Assembly (NCBI RefSeq): GCF_001194135.2
Contig: NC_068998.1
Span: forward strand, 13,071,133-13,135,132
Origin: Octopus bimaculoides
Lineage: Eukaryota
Direction of reading: 5' to 3'
Length of the DNA stretch: 64,000 nucleotides
In this document: piece by piece, positions 1 through 12,917 of the stretch
Layout: each line of letters begins with the position of its first letter
How positions within the stretch are numbered: the first letter of the stretch is position 1
Notes under the pieces: model-generated
Seen by the model: the letters and a program-made list of their open reading frames with translations, nothing else
What the model was told of the DNA's origin: nothing
Database searches by the model: none
Translations under genes and position numbers: made by a program

Positions 1-404
1 AATAATGATATATTTCTGTTTTATTTGTATAAACATAGAGATGGAAATAATTTCAAATTAATGTGTTTTACTATACATCTGTTTCCAAATGTAAATATAT
101 TCCCTCTGGCATCTCAAGGTTCAGTTTGTTATGATGTGGATGTATATGGTGTGGATGTTTACAGAGTGTGTTGATGCGTATATGCATGTCTGTCTGCAGG
201 TTAGTACGTATGTAGGTATTTATATATGTATGGATATATATATGTACGTATATATATTTGTGTATGTGTGTATACATACATACATTTATGTGAATATATA
301 TATATAAAATATTATATACAGAGAAAAATAGATTGATAAATAGAAAGATAGATGTTCTACTTATATACATATAAAGTTATACATACCTATCTATCTAATA
401 TATG

Positions 405-455
<51 letters not shown>

Positions 456-622
456 NNNNNNNNNNNNNNNNNNNNNNNNNNNNNNNNNNNNNNNNNNNNN
501 NNNNNNNNNNNNNNNNNNNNNNNNNNNNNNNNNNNNNNNNNNNNNNNNNNNNNNNNNNNNNNNNNNNNNNNNNNNNNNNNNNNNNNNNNNNNNNNNNNNN
601 NNNNNNNNNNNNNNNNNNNNNN

Positions 623-656
<34 letters not shown>

Positions 657-1474
657 GATAAGAAACATAAGAAAATGGAGATAAATTTCAGTTTATTCCT
701 TTCCTTACCTATCATTTATGAACATTAATACTAATATACAAATTAGCATGAAGTGTAAGGATGCAGAAAAGCATCAACCTGCTAGAAATAAGAGCTAAAG
801 TTTTAATTAAACCACCGTAAAGCACCAAAGACATGCATGCTGGCATCTTGGGTGACTGTTTTCTGTTATAGCACCAATCCAACCAAAGCCTTGTGAGTGG
901 TTTTGTTAGACTGAAACTGATGATGATGATGATGGGGGTTGAAGTGGTGATTATGAAATGATGCATTGCATTACACCTGGTTTTGTATAACATATGTGTA
1001 AACATATTTAGTTCTTCCATGAAAATTGATTTAGGTTGAAAACACAAGTTAATGAGAATATGTCATCAGGAATTGTCATTAAATGTGTAAACAACTGCGC
1101 CATTAAACTTGTTGCAAAGATAGCGTCTGCATTTTATATATTGATACACTCATGCATGACACATGTGCACACACACATACACACATACCTACACACACAC
1201 ACACACCTACACATATACACATACACAGACAGATAGACAGAGAAATGGACAGATAGATAGACAAATAGATAGATAGATAGATAGAGACAGACAGACACAT
1301 TGAACTTGCATGCAAGTTCAAAATATTATTTATCTAATTATCTAATATATATATATATGTGTGTGTGTGTATATATTTATATATATATAGTTTATAATTT
1401 TAAATATATATATATGATATGAATATAGAAATGCAAAGGGGCTCCAGCAAGACCATTACAGATCCTCTTCCAAA

Positions 1475-1865
1475 GCTTGCATGATAGATCTTGATTTTAC
1501 AAAGGCCTTTCATAAGGTTGGTCTTGAGATGATATGTCACAAGCTATGGAGACTCGGCATATTTGGAAAACTGAGAGAATGGTTACATGACTTCTTAAAA
1601 GGCAGAGGCCAAGCTGTGACAGTCAATGCCTCAGGGAACTGTCTTGAGGCCACTGCTGTTTACGGTAGATCTTTTGGACCTGCCATCATTTACACAGACT
1701 ACTACACTTACTAACTGCACCAATTACACAAAAATAGTACAAGCGGTCAAGGGACCTCCCAGTTCTAATCCTATACGGAAAGATTTTGATGCCATATATA
1801 AATGGCATCAGAAAACAGCATGCAATTTAATGTAGGGAAATTTCGAGTCATCCACTATCAGCTAG
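1475..1865 (+). mobile_element. CR1/L2-group LINE reverse transcriptase fragment, frameshifted
   Basis: Peptides DLDFTKAFHKV..KLWRLGIFGKLREWLHDFL and PQGTVLRPLLF..DLP match RT domains 3-4 of CR1-like LINEs. Confidence 0.85.
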
Positions 1866-2674
1866 CTCGTGCTTACATGCTTCAACAACAATACTTTAAT
1901 TTCACTCCCAAAAGCAGGCTTGGTTCTACCTGAAATATGGTAAAACATATTTTCTCAAGATGCTAAAGAGTGGAATTGAAACCAGGACCTCCTGTTTCAA
2001 AGCAAACTTCTTCACCATTCAGCCATACTCGCATCTAGTGAATAGCAGCTGAAAGACGAACAAACAAACAACAAAAACAAAAGCAAGCTTAAAGTCCTTT
2101 TAGCAAGAGACCATATTTCTGCTAACAACAAAATGACGAGTCTTGAATATTTAGTTTAAGTGTTTGTAAATACCCTGCAACACAGTGGCCATTAACTTGG
2201 CTTCGTTACAATTGAATGTCACATATCCATTTTAGTAAAGGTTACATACAGTGTTTTCAATGAAGGAAATACAATAAGTCATTTATTGTTTTGTTATATA
2301 CAATAGCAGAGAACAGTGGTGAAGATAATAATCTATTTAAAGGATTTCTAAAATTCCATCTCAACTTCAGATTTTCTTACATATAGTTTCGGTTGATTTA
2401 AATCTATCTTGGCTCTTTTGTTAACCATGGCATTTCAGTTTTGTTTTCATCATCATCATTATTATCGTTATCATCATCATCATTCTCATTGTTGTCATCA
2501 TCATTTAACATTCCTCTTTCCATGCTGTCATGGATTGAACACTTCAACAGGAAATCAACANNNNNNNNNNTTTTTTTTTGTTTTTTTTTTTTTACCTCTG
2601 AATGAAAACGAATTGATAAAACTGCACTATTATATATTTGGCTTTCACCTAACCCCAGCAATGCAGGAATCTCT

Positions 2675-3146
2675 CTTTGAAATGGTATAGATTAATAGGT
2701 CAACACTGTTGTATCTTTCTAGTAGGGTTTGTCCTAGATTTTTGTACTGCTATAGGTCAATGTCCTAATTCTTGTAATAACAGTAAGGTTTAATACATAA
2801 TTTTCCTATTTATTTGTCTCAAGTTTTTGAAATGGTATGGATTAATAAGTCAACACTATTGTATCCTTTAAACCAGTTATTTTTTGTCCTAAATCCTGTT
2901 ATATCAAGTTCTATATCTTTAAACTGGTATCAATTAATAGGTCAACACTATTGTATCTTTCTAGTTGGGTTTGTCCTAGATCTTTGTACAGCTATAGGTC
3001 AGTGTCCACACTATTGTATTTTTTCTATTTAGTTTCTGTCCTAACTCTTGAAATAACAGTAAAGTTCAATATGAACTTTCCCTGTCGGTTTTGACTTAAA
3101 TCTGAAATGGTATGGATTAATAAGAAAACACTATTGTATCTTTCAA
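2675..3146. repeat. Degenerate tandem satellite with core aaatggtatggattaataggtcaacactattgtatcttt
   Basis: The core recurs near 2679, 2829, 2922 and 3104, with shared flanks. Confidence 0.75.
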
Positions 3147-3309
3147 GTGTAGAGAGTCAGGACAAATATCACAAGATTCCAGTACTGTAACTGTCTCTAC
3201 CAATTCACTGCCCTAAAAAAATGCCACAAGAGTAGATAATCTACTGTTATCCAATATATTACTTTTTGATATTCCATTTGATAAATAATATATTGATGTA
3301 TAATAAGAT

Positions 3310-3750
3310 GGTGAGCAGGCAGAATTGTTAGCATGCTGGACAAAATGCCTAGTGGCGTTTTGTTCGTCTTTACATTCAGAGTTCAAATTCCGCTGAGGTT
3401 GACTTTGCCTTTCATCCTTTCGAGGTTGATAAATTAAGTACCAGATGCATACTGGGGTTGATGTAATCAGCTGGCCCCCTCCCACCAAATTTCGTGCATT
3501 GTACCTAGAGTAGAAAAGAATATTTAAAGGTGGTGAGCTGGCAGAAACATTAGCACACTGGGCGAAATGCTTAGAGATATTTCGTCTGTTTTTACGCTCT
3601 GAGTTCAAATTTTGCCAAGGTTGACTTTGCCTTTCATCCTGTCTGGGTTGATAAATTAAGTACCAGTTGCATACTGAGATCGATTTAATTGACTAGCCCC
3701 CCACCCCTTTCCCAAAAATTTCGGGTCATGTGCCTAGGGTAGAAAAGAAT
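3310..3750 (+). mobile_element. Two tandem copies of tRNA-derived SINE family A (GGTGAGCTGGCAGAA..GTTCAAATT..GACTTTGCCTTTCATCC..GTAGAAAAGAAT)
   Basis: Copies at 3310-3524 and 3529-3750; B-box GAGTTCAAATTC; more than 10 related copies in the window. Confidence 0.85.
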
Positions 3751-4139
3751 AAAGTAAGTACCAGTTGAGTGTTGGGGGATTAATGTAATTGATTTATTCC
3801 CTCCCTCGAAATTGCTGGCCTTGTGTCAAAATTTGAAATCAATATTTCATTCAATAAGTAATATATTGATATACAATAAAAACCAATGTAAAAAAATAAT
3901 TAAGCTTTGTTATATTAATACTTGTTTTCTTTAAGAAAAGTGGATGAAGAAAACCTTTGTCAGTTAATTCTCTGTATCATATAAACTCTTTATTTAAAGC
4001 AGGAATAAAAGATATATATATTGCACAGTGAATGAAAGATATAAATTACACAATGTTTTTCAGTATAACCGTAATCTTTAGTCTATTTTTGACTTTTAAA
4101 TCTATTTTTACATTTTCATAATCAATATGCTTAAGTATG

Positions 4140-4860
4140 TTCAGAGATGCAGTTAGCAAGCTAAGAGTAAGAATGAATACGAAGACGAATTTTGTGTACA
4201 GGTAGAAGTCTACATTGGCTCAACACACAGCTATCTCCTGTTTGTTATAGTCCTCCATAGCAGACGAGTTTAAAACTGCTTTTCCAAGGGAACTCCTGTA
4301 TATTGATGACCTTGTTCTTACAGCAGAATCTGGGGAAGATTTGGAGAAGAAATTCCAAGCATGGAAGCAAAACCTGGAATTGAAGGGCCTTAAAGTAAAC
4401 TAAGTCAATACTAAAGTCATACTAAGTTGAAAAGGGGACAGGATTCTGTTGCTATCCAGGAAATGGCTGTGCCCCGTATGCAGAAAGGGAGTTGGTGAGA
4501 ACACCATACAATGTACCCAGAGCAAACAATGAATGTAGAAGGGGTGTAATGGGATCGAAAAGGTTAGCAGCAGAGGTAAATTTCATAATGTGGTAAGTGC
4601 TCAGATTAAGCACAACGAGCACATGGAAAATAAATTCTATCAACTGCTCAAAATGTTTCCCAGAAGTAGTAAACAGCTTTTATTACCGAAGTACCATGTA
4701 AAGTGGTCGGCGTTTAGAAGAGGTACCCAGTCATAGAGAACTTGACAAAACTGAGACATTGGAATGAGACATGATCATAGATAAGTTGGATCTTGTCAAG
4801 CCATTCAACCAATTCCTGCATGGAAGGAGATGGACATAAAATGATGATGATGACGACTAT
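4140..4860 (+). mobile_element. RTE-clade LINE 3' fragment (RT C-terminal part, Cys motif, GAT tail)
   Basis: Decayed RELLYIDDLVLTAESGEDLEKKFQAWKQNLELKGLKVN, then CPVCRKGVGENTIQC; ends in (GAT)n. Confidence 0.8.
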
Positions 4861-4951
4861 GATGACAACAAGAAAGAGGAGGAGGAGGAGGAAGCAAAAG
4901 TGACACATAGGGCATATTTTTTAATATTTTTTTTTACCACTGTATTTACAG

Positions 4952-4975
4952 AATGGTGAATAGCAACACTGGCAG
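4952..4975 (+). CDS. Candidate exon 1 of an unidentified multi-exon gene (xMVNSNTG-R, phase 2 to 2); the ATG at 4953 could be a start codon
   Basis: Strong acceptor ttttttttttaccactgtatttacag|, donor GGCAG|gtgtta (weak). The only open frame joins in phase to the 5769 exon. Confidence 0.4.
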
Positions 4976-5768
4976 GTGTTAAGATAAGATTAATGAGACA
5001 GAAAATGACACAAATATCTTGTGCAGTCAATCAATTTCTACATAAATATTCATCAATCAAAATATTTTGCATACGGACATCTTGATGCACTCTAACAGAT
5101 GTGCAAACCCCGCACTCCACTCTGTCTTTCCTGCAGCCATCTGCTTATGTCATGTATTCCAACATCTTTTACTTTATGCCTGTTCCTTGATGCTGTCCCA
5201 TCACCTCCATTGTAGTCTTCATTAATATCTCTTTTAAAAGGTGTTTGTCTATGCATGGCCATTATTTGCTAGAGGTAGAGAGTGTCATTATGTCATGTTG
5301 CATGATCAAACCACTTCATTTTCCAGCTTTTTAAGAAATTGACAAAAGGAGCTTGTTCAATGTTCAGCTTCTAGAATGTCAATAATTTCACTTTTCTATA
5401 CCATTTCATTTTGGAAGCTATAGTCTTTTACTCACTCTCAGTGTTAAAATAAAATCATGGAGAAGTTCATACAAGACTTATAGAATTTGATAGCTTTGAA
5501 AATTGGCCAAACACATTTGAAATAAAAATGAAAGAAGAAAAAATAGAAATGCACTTAAATATGAAAACATATATATTTATATTCAGAGCATATTTTCTAC
5601 AACTCGTTTGAGGTGTCATCTCCCTCAAGGTTATCAGATATATTCTAATTTTGGTCCATTTTTTTTTTATCTAAGAACTGCCAAAAATTAATTTCAGATG
5701 GTTGAGATGGAAAAAAGAAAAAAATAGCCCCAAGAAAAGGATACTTTTTCACATCTTGCAATCCTCAG

Positions 5769-5861
5769 AGAATTCAAGGATATCACTAAAGCCGAGGCTC
5801 TGCTGACTGCTGGCCCCACTGCTAATTTCTTAACACTGAGAAGTATGGTCCTTACATCTAT
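5769..5861 (+). CDS. Candidate exon 2 (R-EFKDITKAEALLTAGPTANFLTLRSMVLTS-M, phase 2 to 2)
   Basis: Acceptor tttttcacatcttgcaatcctcag|, strong donor CTAT|gtaagc. 93 nt of non-repetitive, GC-balanced sequence with an open frame. Confidence 0.6.
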
Positions 5862-6151
5862 GTAAGCTAAATTCTTCAAAAATGATTGATATAATCATTA
5901 TTTTCTGTCAAATTATAATGCTATCTATTATCTTTGGAGTTGCATGAGAGATCGAATATAGAAATATATGCCACACACAGCTAAAGATTTGGCATTACAT
6001 TTAAAACACCTTTGGAACTCTGAAACTAGAATTTCACATGAGATGAAACTTAATACCCCCCCCCCCCATTTCTCTCTCTCTAAAATGAATGAAGAGATTA
6101 TCATATACTTAAAGTCAACATTAAGTTGACACATAACAACATCTATACAGA

Positions 6152-6306
6152 CACAGGCATGGCTGTGTGGTAAGAAGTTTGCTTCTCAACCACATAGTTC
6201 CAGGTTCAATCCTCCTGTGTGGAATTTTGGGAAAGTGTCTTCTACTATAGCTGCAGCATGACCCACACATTGTGAGTGTATTTGGGAGATGGAAACTGAA
6301 AGAAGC

Positions 6307-6310
<4 letters not shown>
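6152..6310 (+). mobile_element. SINE family B head, running into an internal microsatellite and an N gap
   Basis: ggcatggctgtgtggtaagaagtttgc..caggttcaatcc..gtgtcttctactatagc matches the 23875 copy. Confidence 0.8.
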
Positions 6311-6371
<61 letters not shown>

Positions 6372-6825
6372 NNNNNNNNNNNNNNNNNNNNNNNNNNNNN
6401 NNNNNNNNNNNNNNNNNNNNNNNNNNNNNNNNNNNNNNNNNNNNNNNNNNNNNNNNNNNNNNNNNNNNNNNNNNNNNNNNNNNNNNNNNNNNNNNNNNNN
6501 NNNNNNNNNNNNNNNNNNNNNNNNNNNNNNNNNNNNNNNNNNNNNNNNNNNNNNNNNNNNNNNNNNNNNNNNNNNNNNNNNNNNNNNNNNNNNNNNNNNN
6601 NNNNNNNNNNNNNNNNNNNNNNNNNNNNNNNNNNNNNNNNNNNNNNNNNNNNNNNNNNNNNNNNNNNNNNNNNNNNNNNNNNNNNNNNNNNNNNNNNNNN
6701 NNNNNNNNNNNNNNNNNNNNNNNNNNNNNNNNNNNNNNNNNNNNNNNNNNNNNNNNNNNNNNNNNNNNNNNNNNNNNNNNNNTGTGATTGTTTCAGTTAG
6801 TGGAATAGATTCATTTATAAAGTGA

Positions 6826-7065
6826 AGGTATTTGACATGAGTGTTTTTGTTTCACTTTTGACACGTAATACTTAAATAGTGGAAGAGATATGATGTTGCT
6901 GTGGGCTTGAACTATGCAAGAAGTTAAAGATTTTTTGACTAAAACACAACCTAAGTAAGGCATGTGTAAAATTTGAATGAAATTGGTTGTGTAGTTCTCG
7001 AGTTTTAGGGATTCACACAAACACACGGACAGACAGACAAACATTCTCATTTTTATATATATAGA
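6826..7065 (-). mobile_element. Helitron-like non-autonomous element 5' end
   Basis: The minus strand begins TCTATATATATAAAATGAGAATG plus a microsatellite, then CCAATTTCATTCAAATTTTACACATG. Close second copy at 8455-8714. Confidence 0.55.
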
Positions 7066-7299
7066 AAAGAGATATATTGTATGTATGTGTATGTGTGTAT
7101 GTTTATGCTAGTGTGTGTGTGTAATTGAAACAAATGAAAAACTTTATGTATGTGTATGCAGGTATGTGAAACCTTTTGATGTTGTATACCCCACTGTAAA
7201 TGATCTGTCACAAGCTAGAGTTACCTTCCTACATACCATGCAAGGTTACTTCTCAGGTTCCCCTGGGATTTTGACCTTGCTCTCTCTTTATCTATCTTT

Positions 7300-7700
7300 T
7301 ATTTTTTTATCTTTTACTTGTCTCAGTCATTTGACTGTGGCCATGCTGGAGCTCCACCTCGAAGGGTTTTTAGTCAAACAAATTGATCCCAGGACATACC
7401 TTTTTAAAACCTAGTACTTATTCTATCAGTCTCTTTTTGCTATGTTATGGGGACATAAACACACCAACATTGGTTGTCAAGTCACAGTGGGGATAAACAC
7501 ATACAAAGACACACCCACATAGACACACACACATGACAGGCTTCTTTCAGTTTCTGTGTACCAAATCCACCCACAAGGTTTTAGCCATTCTGAAGCTATA
7601 GTAGAAAGACACTTGTCCAAGGTGCTATGCAGTGGGACTGAACCTGGAACCATATGGTTAGAAAACAAGCTTCTTACCACACAAACATACCTGTGCCTAT
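7300..7700 (-). mobile_element. SINE family B, full length
   Basis: Head and tail halves match the 23875-24280 copy in reverse. Confidence 0.8.
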
Positions 7701-8454
7701 ATCTATGCATGTGTAATGTGAATATCTATGTATGCGAATAACTAAGACTCTATTTCTCAATTCAAATATTGGTTTTGTGACAACCGATCTATGAATTAAT
7801 GGATTACATTGTAAATATATAATTAAACATGTCAGAAAACTAATCTATATGTATAGAACTCAACAAAAATTGGTAAAAATTCCCACAAAAATTTACAATA
7901 CATGCCTAATTAAATCACTCTAACTGACAATAGTTTCTTATATGATCGAAATTCTAATATATATGACTGGAATCATAAGAATAAATTATTAGATTTTCTC
8001 TTGTATGCAAATATCTTTTATGTAAATCATTTCTGAAAATGTATGAGGAATTATTATTACAGCAATTTTAGTTGAATTTACATATTATTGACTTCATTTT
8101 ATGTAACGTTCCACTTATCTTGTAAGTATCTATTTTACGTACTTTGCACTTGCTGAAGTTTGGAGGAAGAGGTAGTGTCCTTGACCTTTGCGGTCCTCTG
8201 AGACTCATATGTTTAATGCCATTAATCTTTGTCATCATTGTTGTTGTCATTATCATCATCATCACATACACACATACACACACACACACACAAATGTGAG
8301 CATATAGATGCAAAACAAGGTGGAGTTAATAATACTCAAATACCAAAGCTAGAGCAAAACATTACGTTACAAGAAATTCTTATTTGCCTGTCATGGTACT
8401 TAAATGAGAATGAGATGTAAGGGGACAATGTTTTTGAGATTCCGGTTCGAATGA

Positions 8455-8714
8455 TATGAGTGTTTTTGTTTCACTTTTGACACGTAATACTTAAATAGTG
8501 GAGGAGATATGATGTTGCTGTGGGCTGGAAGTATGCAAGAAGTTAAACATTTTTTTTGACTAAAGCACAACCAGGACCCTAAGTAAGGCATGTGTAAAAT
8601 TTGAATGAAATTGGTTGTGTAGTTCTGGAGTTTTAGGGATTCACACAGACACATACACACACACATACACACAGGCACACAGACATACATTCTCAATTTT
8701 ATATATATATAGAT
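8455..8714 (-). mobile_element. Helitron-like non-autonomous element 5' end, second copy
   Basis: Close match to 6826-7065. Confidence 0.55.
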
Positions 8715-8849
8715 TATTTTAGTGAAGCCAAGAAAATCTCACGGCTGTCTGATGATCAGTGATATGAAACTCAGAGTAACAGTTTGTAAAATGATTTTCA
8801 GCTTTAATCAAATAATACATATACATCATCATCATCATCATTAGCAATG

Positions 8850-9400
8850 CGTCCCAAATATTTTCAAAATTCACTGGCCCCACTCCTGAAATATAAGGTT
8901 GTTATATTGATGACTATATCAGTGTGATCTTGCTCTCCCACAAACAACTACACTTCTACCTCTCTTTTGTCCAGTCTTTCCATCCTGCCTTCGAATTCTC
9001 CTGCACCATTTCATACACTTCTGTTGCCTTTCTCGACATTTCGGTCAACATATACCACTCCACTCTCACCATCTCCAACCACTTCAAACACACTGACTCA
9101 CACCCATACCTCAACTTCTCCTCCTCCCACCCTACCCACACCAAACTCTCCATCCCCTACTCCCGATTCCTCTGTCTGCGCAGGCTCTGCAGTAACAACC
9201 ATGACTTTGAGACTCAGTCTCAACTCATGGCTTGACACTTCATCCTTCGTGGATATCCCCAGACCACTATCAACACCGCCCATGGACTGTGCCTCTTATC
9301 TCTCTTCCCACATCTGCCCCACTGTTACCCATCTCCTGTTTCCCCTCACCTACCAACTCTCCAATGCACCATTCTCTGAACCTTCCGGCAACTCCAGTCT
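8850..9400 (+). mobile_element. Penelope-like element (PLE) RT and thumb fragment
   Basis: GPTPEI*GCYIDDYI (YIDD catalytic motif), then FLDISV..HTDSHPYLNFSSSHPTHTKLSIPYSRFLCLRRLCS, typical of PLE ORFs. Confidence 0.9.
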
Positions 9401-9797
9401 GATATACTTGGATTGTTGAAAAAATCGATATGGCCCCTGGAAGGGACCTTTATATCTACCTCATATAACTAATTCTTTTAAACACCCAAGGGAAATAACC
9501 CATAGCACTTGTACAATATTTTTTTAAACACTCAAGGGAAATAACCTATTTCATTGTTTATGTTCGACTACTTTGAATATTGATATTTTGTGCGTCCTAT
9601 TTCTAATTTTTGCAAGCAATATCACTTTTAAACTTTATTTGACACATGAGTAGAACTCATGTCCGAAAACCTCGTGACATACTTAGATTGTTGAAAAAAT
9701 TCGATAATAGGGCCCTTCCAATGGATCCTTCTATCTACTACATATTATTAACATTTTATTTAAGCAGCCCAAGGGAAATAACCCATACCACCTGCAG
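9400..9797 (+). repeat. Tandem pLTR-like direct repeats downstream of the PLE fragment
   Basis: gatatacttggattgttgaaaaaatcgata..cccaagggaaataacccata at 9400-9515 recurs at 9677-9797. Confidence 0.6.
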
Positions 9798-10057
9798 ATT
9801 TTAGCAAAGTGATCAATATTTGATTCTCACGATCAGTTGACCTAATTCTGCATTTCACTACTCAGAGTTTTGAACTGTTAGACATTATTATTACACTTCC
9901 TTAATTTGAATCTTAAACATTAAAGAGTTCATTCATACATTTCGTTACATACATACATTTTTGAATGCCCATTACTCTGATAATTCTGTATTTTTACAGT
10001 TACACTTTTTCCATGACAGTAGATAAATTTCATATATATACATATATACATACAAGC

Positions 10058-10098
<41 letters not shown>

Positions 10099-10516
10099 NN
10101 NNNNNNNNNNNNNNNNNNNNNNNNNNNNNNNNNNNNNNNNNNNNNNNNNNNNNNNNNNNNNNNNNNNNNNNNNNNNNNNNNNNNNNNNNNNNNNNNNNNN
10201 NNNNNNNNNNNNNNNNNNNNNNNNNNNNNNNNNNNNNNNNNNNNNNNNNNNNNNNNNNNNNNNNNNNNNNNNNNNNNNNNNNNNNNNNNNNNNNNNNNNN
10301 NNNNNNNNNNNNNNNNNNNNNNNNNNNNNNNNNNNNNNNNNNNNNNNNNNNNNNNNNNNNNNNNNNNNNNNNNNNNNNNNNNNNNNNNNNNNNNNNNNNN
10401 NNNNNNNNNNNNNNNNNNNNNNNNNNNNNNNNNNNNNNNNNNNNNNNNNNNNNNNNNNNNNNNNNNNNNNNTATATATATATATATGTATGCATATATAT
10501 ACATACATACATACAA

Positions 10517-10620
10517 ACAAAAATACCCTGTTGTTCATGTTGAAATTCCAGTCTTGGATCCTGGTTAGAAACTGACTCTTTCTCTATTGGCAAGAAATCT
10601 TGAAATGAAATTAGACAATA
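10517..10620 (+). repeat. Unclassified short interspersed repeat
   Basis: aaaaataccctgttgttcatgttgaaattcca..ttggcaagaaatcttgaaa recurs at 49984-50090. Confidence 0.6.
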
Positions 10621-11334
10621 ACACACACACACACACACACATATATATGTTGTATGGTAAGTATTTGTGTTGGGTGCATGTGGTAGTATTGTGGGTATTT
10701 GATAATATGATGTAAACCAATATTTATATTTTATTGTAACATGGTGTAAGCTAGAAGTATAGTGATATTTTATAAGTCAGTATTTATATATTGTATAATA
10801 GCATGGTATACATTGTCCATATTTATATGTTAGCGTAGAATAAGAGGTAGCATTATCAAACCATACTTTAGAGTGAAGTAGTTTTGATAAGCTCAATGAT
10901 AGAGTGAACTGGTATTGAGGTTCTGGTATTCTTTGTGGCAGAAGGAAATCAAAGAAAAATTTGTGTATAGAATTACTAGAAGCTGTATGTGGGAGTAAGA
11001 CTCAGTAAGTTAGTGAAGCTAATATTATATTATAGCTAATCACCTGTTGTAATGTAAGCATGGTGATAATTTTTACCTTGTCTGTTGGCTAGATTTTTGA
11101 ATAGTAAAAACGTAGGTTTCATTCAAATATTGTGAAATATTGTTTAAAATGGACATATGCAATGGCACTATCATTAAGAAGCTTGTTTTGCAATATGTTA
11201 ATCCAGGTTCAATATTGCATGGAAGCAAGTATTTTCTGCCATAGGTACAAGTTGACCAAATTCTTATTTAAAGATTCTAATGAGCCTACTAAACTTTAAG
11301 TTGCATAGGACCAAATCAAACTGCTCTTTAAAAA

Positions 11335-11545
11335 TACGAGGGGGTGCTGAAAAGTTCCTGGATAAAAGAAAATACAGGTGGATCAGTTAATGATGATTTT
11401 ATTCAACATATTCCCCTTTCAGATTCACACACTTATTGCAGCAGTTCTCCATTTTTCTAAGTCCTGTAAAAGAATTTGGAAGGTTGGGTCTCCAATCAGT
11501 CCTTTTATAATACCCTCAAAGCCAGGAACTTTTTAGCACCATCTA
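11335..11545. mobile_element. Mariner-type MITE (~210 bp) with TIRs and TA flanks
   Basis: TA-cgagggggtgctgaaaagttcctgg..ccaggaactttttagcaccatc-TA. Same family as 46920-47142 and 59800-60016. Confidence 0.85.
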
Positions 11546-11553
11546 TCTGCTTT

Positions 11554-11761
11554 GTGGGCTGGCAGAATGGTTAGCATGCCGGGTGAAATGCTTAGCAGTA
11601 TTTCACCTGTTGCTATGTTCTGAGTTCAAATTCTGCCGAGGTTGACTTTACCTTTCATCCTTTTGGGGTCGATAAATTTAATACCAGTGAAACACTGGGG
11701 TCGATGTAATTGACTATTCCCCTCCCCCAAAATTTCAGCCCTTGTGTCTATAACAGAAAGA

Positions 11762-11764
<3 letters not shown>
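11554..11764 (+). mobile_element. SINE family A
   Basis: Matches the 3310 copies; (ATT)n tail. Confidence 0.85.
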
Positions 11765-11793
<29 letters not shown>

Positions 11794-12376
11794 CAATGTT
11801 ATTATTATTCTCCTCCAGTATCATAGTAAGATGGTAACTTTAACTTAAGTCTTTTAGCTAGAAATTCTTGTGTAGCGTAATTTCAATTTCACTCTAAAAC
11901 AATTTTAAACATCCAAAACTAAAAAAAAACAGGCAATAATGAAGTATGACATGAAATGTTAAAATGTTCAACATGACAGCAATTTTGCATGAGTAGGCTT
12001 TTAATCACCATTTGACAACAAATTCTTTGTGACTGACTTTTAGATTTAACAAATTGCTTTACAGTTTACACATATGGACATCAAATTTCATCCCATGTAT
12101 ATAACAAAAAGCACAGCATTTGTGTTAAACATAAGGATAGTAGAAAAATAAAAAGACATTGTGAATCATTTATCATTTACTTATTTTGATCAATGGGTTG
12201 TAGCCATGCTGGAGCACTGCCTTGAAGTGTTTAAGCAAGCAAATTTACCCCAGTTATATTTCTGAGTTTGGTACTTATTCTATCAGTCACTTTTGCCAAA
12301 CTGCTAAGTTACGGGGATGTAAGCAAATCAACACCAGCTGTCAAGCAGTGTCAGGGAACAAACACACACACACACA

Positions 12377-12424
<48 letters not shown>

Positions 12425-12494
12425 GATGGACTCTCTCGTTGTCAGATGATGCATGATGGTTTGGCAATTTCATACCAAACAATGGGTGCCACGC

Positions 12495-12636
12495 GTCAGA
12501 TGTCGAAGTGATCACAGAGCAACATGTAACAAAGTGCTTTGCTCAAGAACACAACAGAACACCTGGTCTGGGAATCAAAACCCATGATCTTGCAGTCGTG
12601 AGTGCAACACCTTAACCACTAAGCCATGTGCCTTCA
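12495..12636 (-). mobile_element. tRNA-derived SINE (family E) 5' part
   Basis: Minus strand ggcacatggcttagtggttaagg (A box)..ttgattcccagacc (B box). Related pieces at 61790-61895 and 62090-62225. Confidence 0.7.
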
Positions 12637-12849
12637 CACACACACACAAACGCATACACACACCCGCACAAAGACACACACACATATATATCACAATTGT
12701 CCAACAAATGGGAATGTGAAACTGTAACAACCTTGTGATAATTCTGCAGCTTTAATAAAAGCACATTACTCTATCTTTGGTATTCGAGTACAGTTTCTTT
12801 CACCTCGCTTTGCACTTATGTACTCACCTGTGCATATACATACATATAA

Positions 12850-12914
<65 letters not shown>

Positions 12915-12917
<3 letters not shown>

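Noticed and set aside
5698-5768. In-frame upstream extension of candidate exon 2 (MVEMEKRKK*PQEKDTFSHLAIL) with a TAG that A-to-I editing could turn into Trp
   Set aside because: The acceptor would be phase 0 and would not match the upstream exon. There is no evidence for editing, and the downstream acceptor explains the exon more simply.
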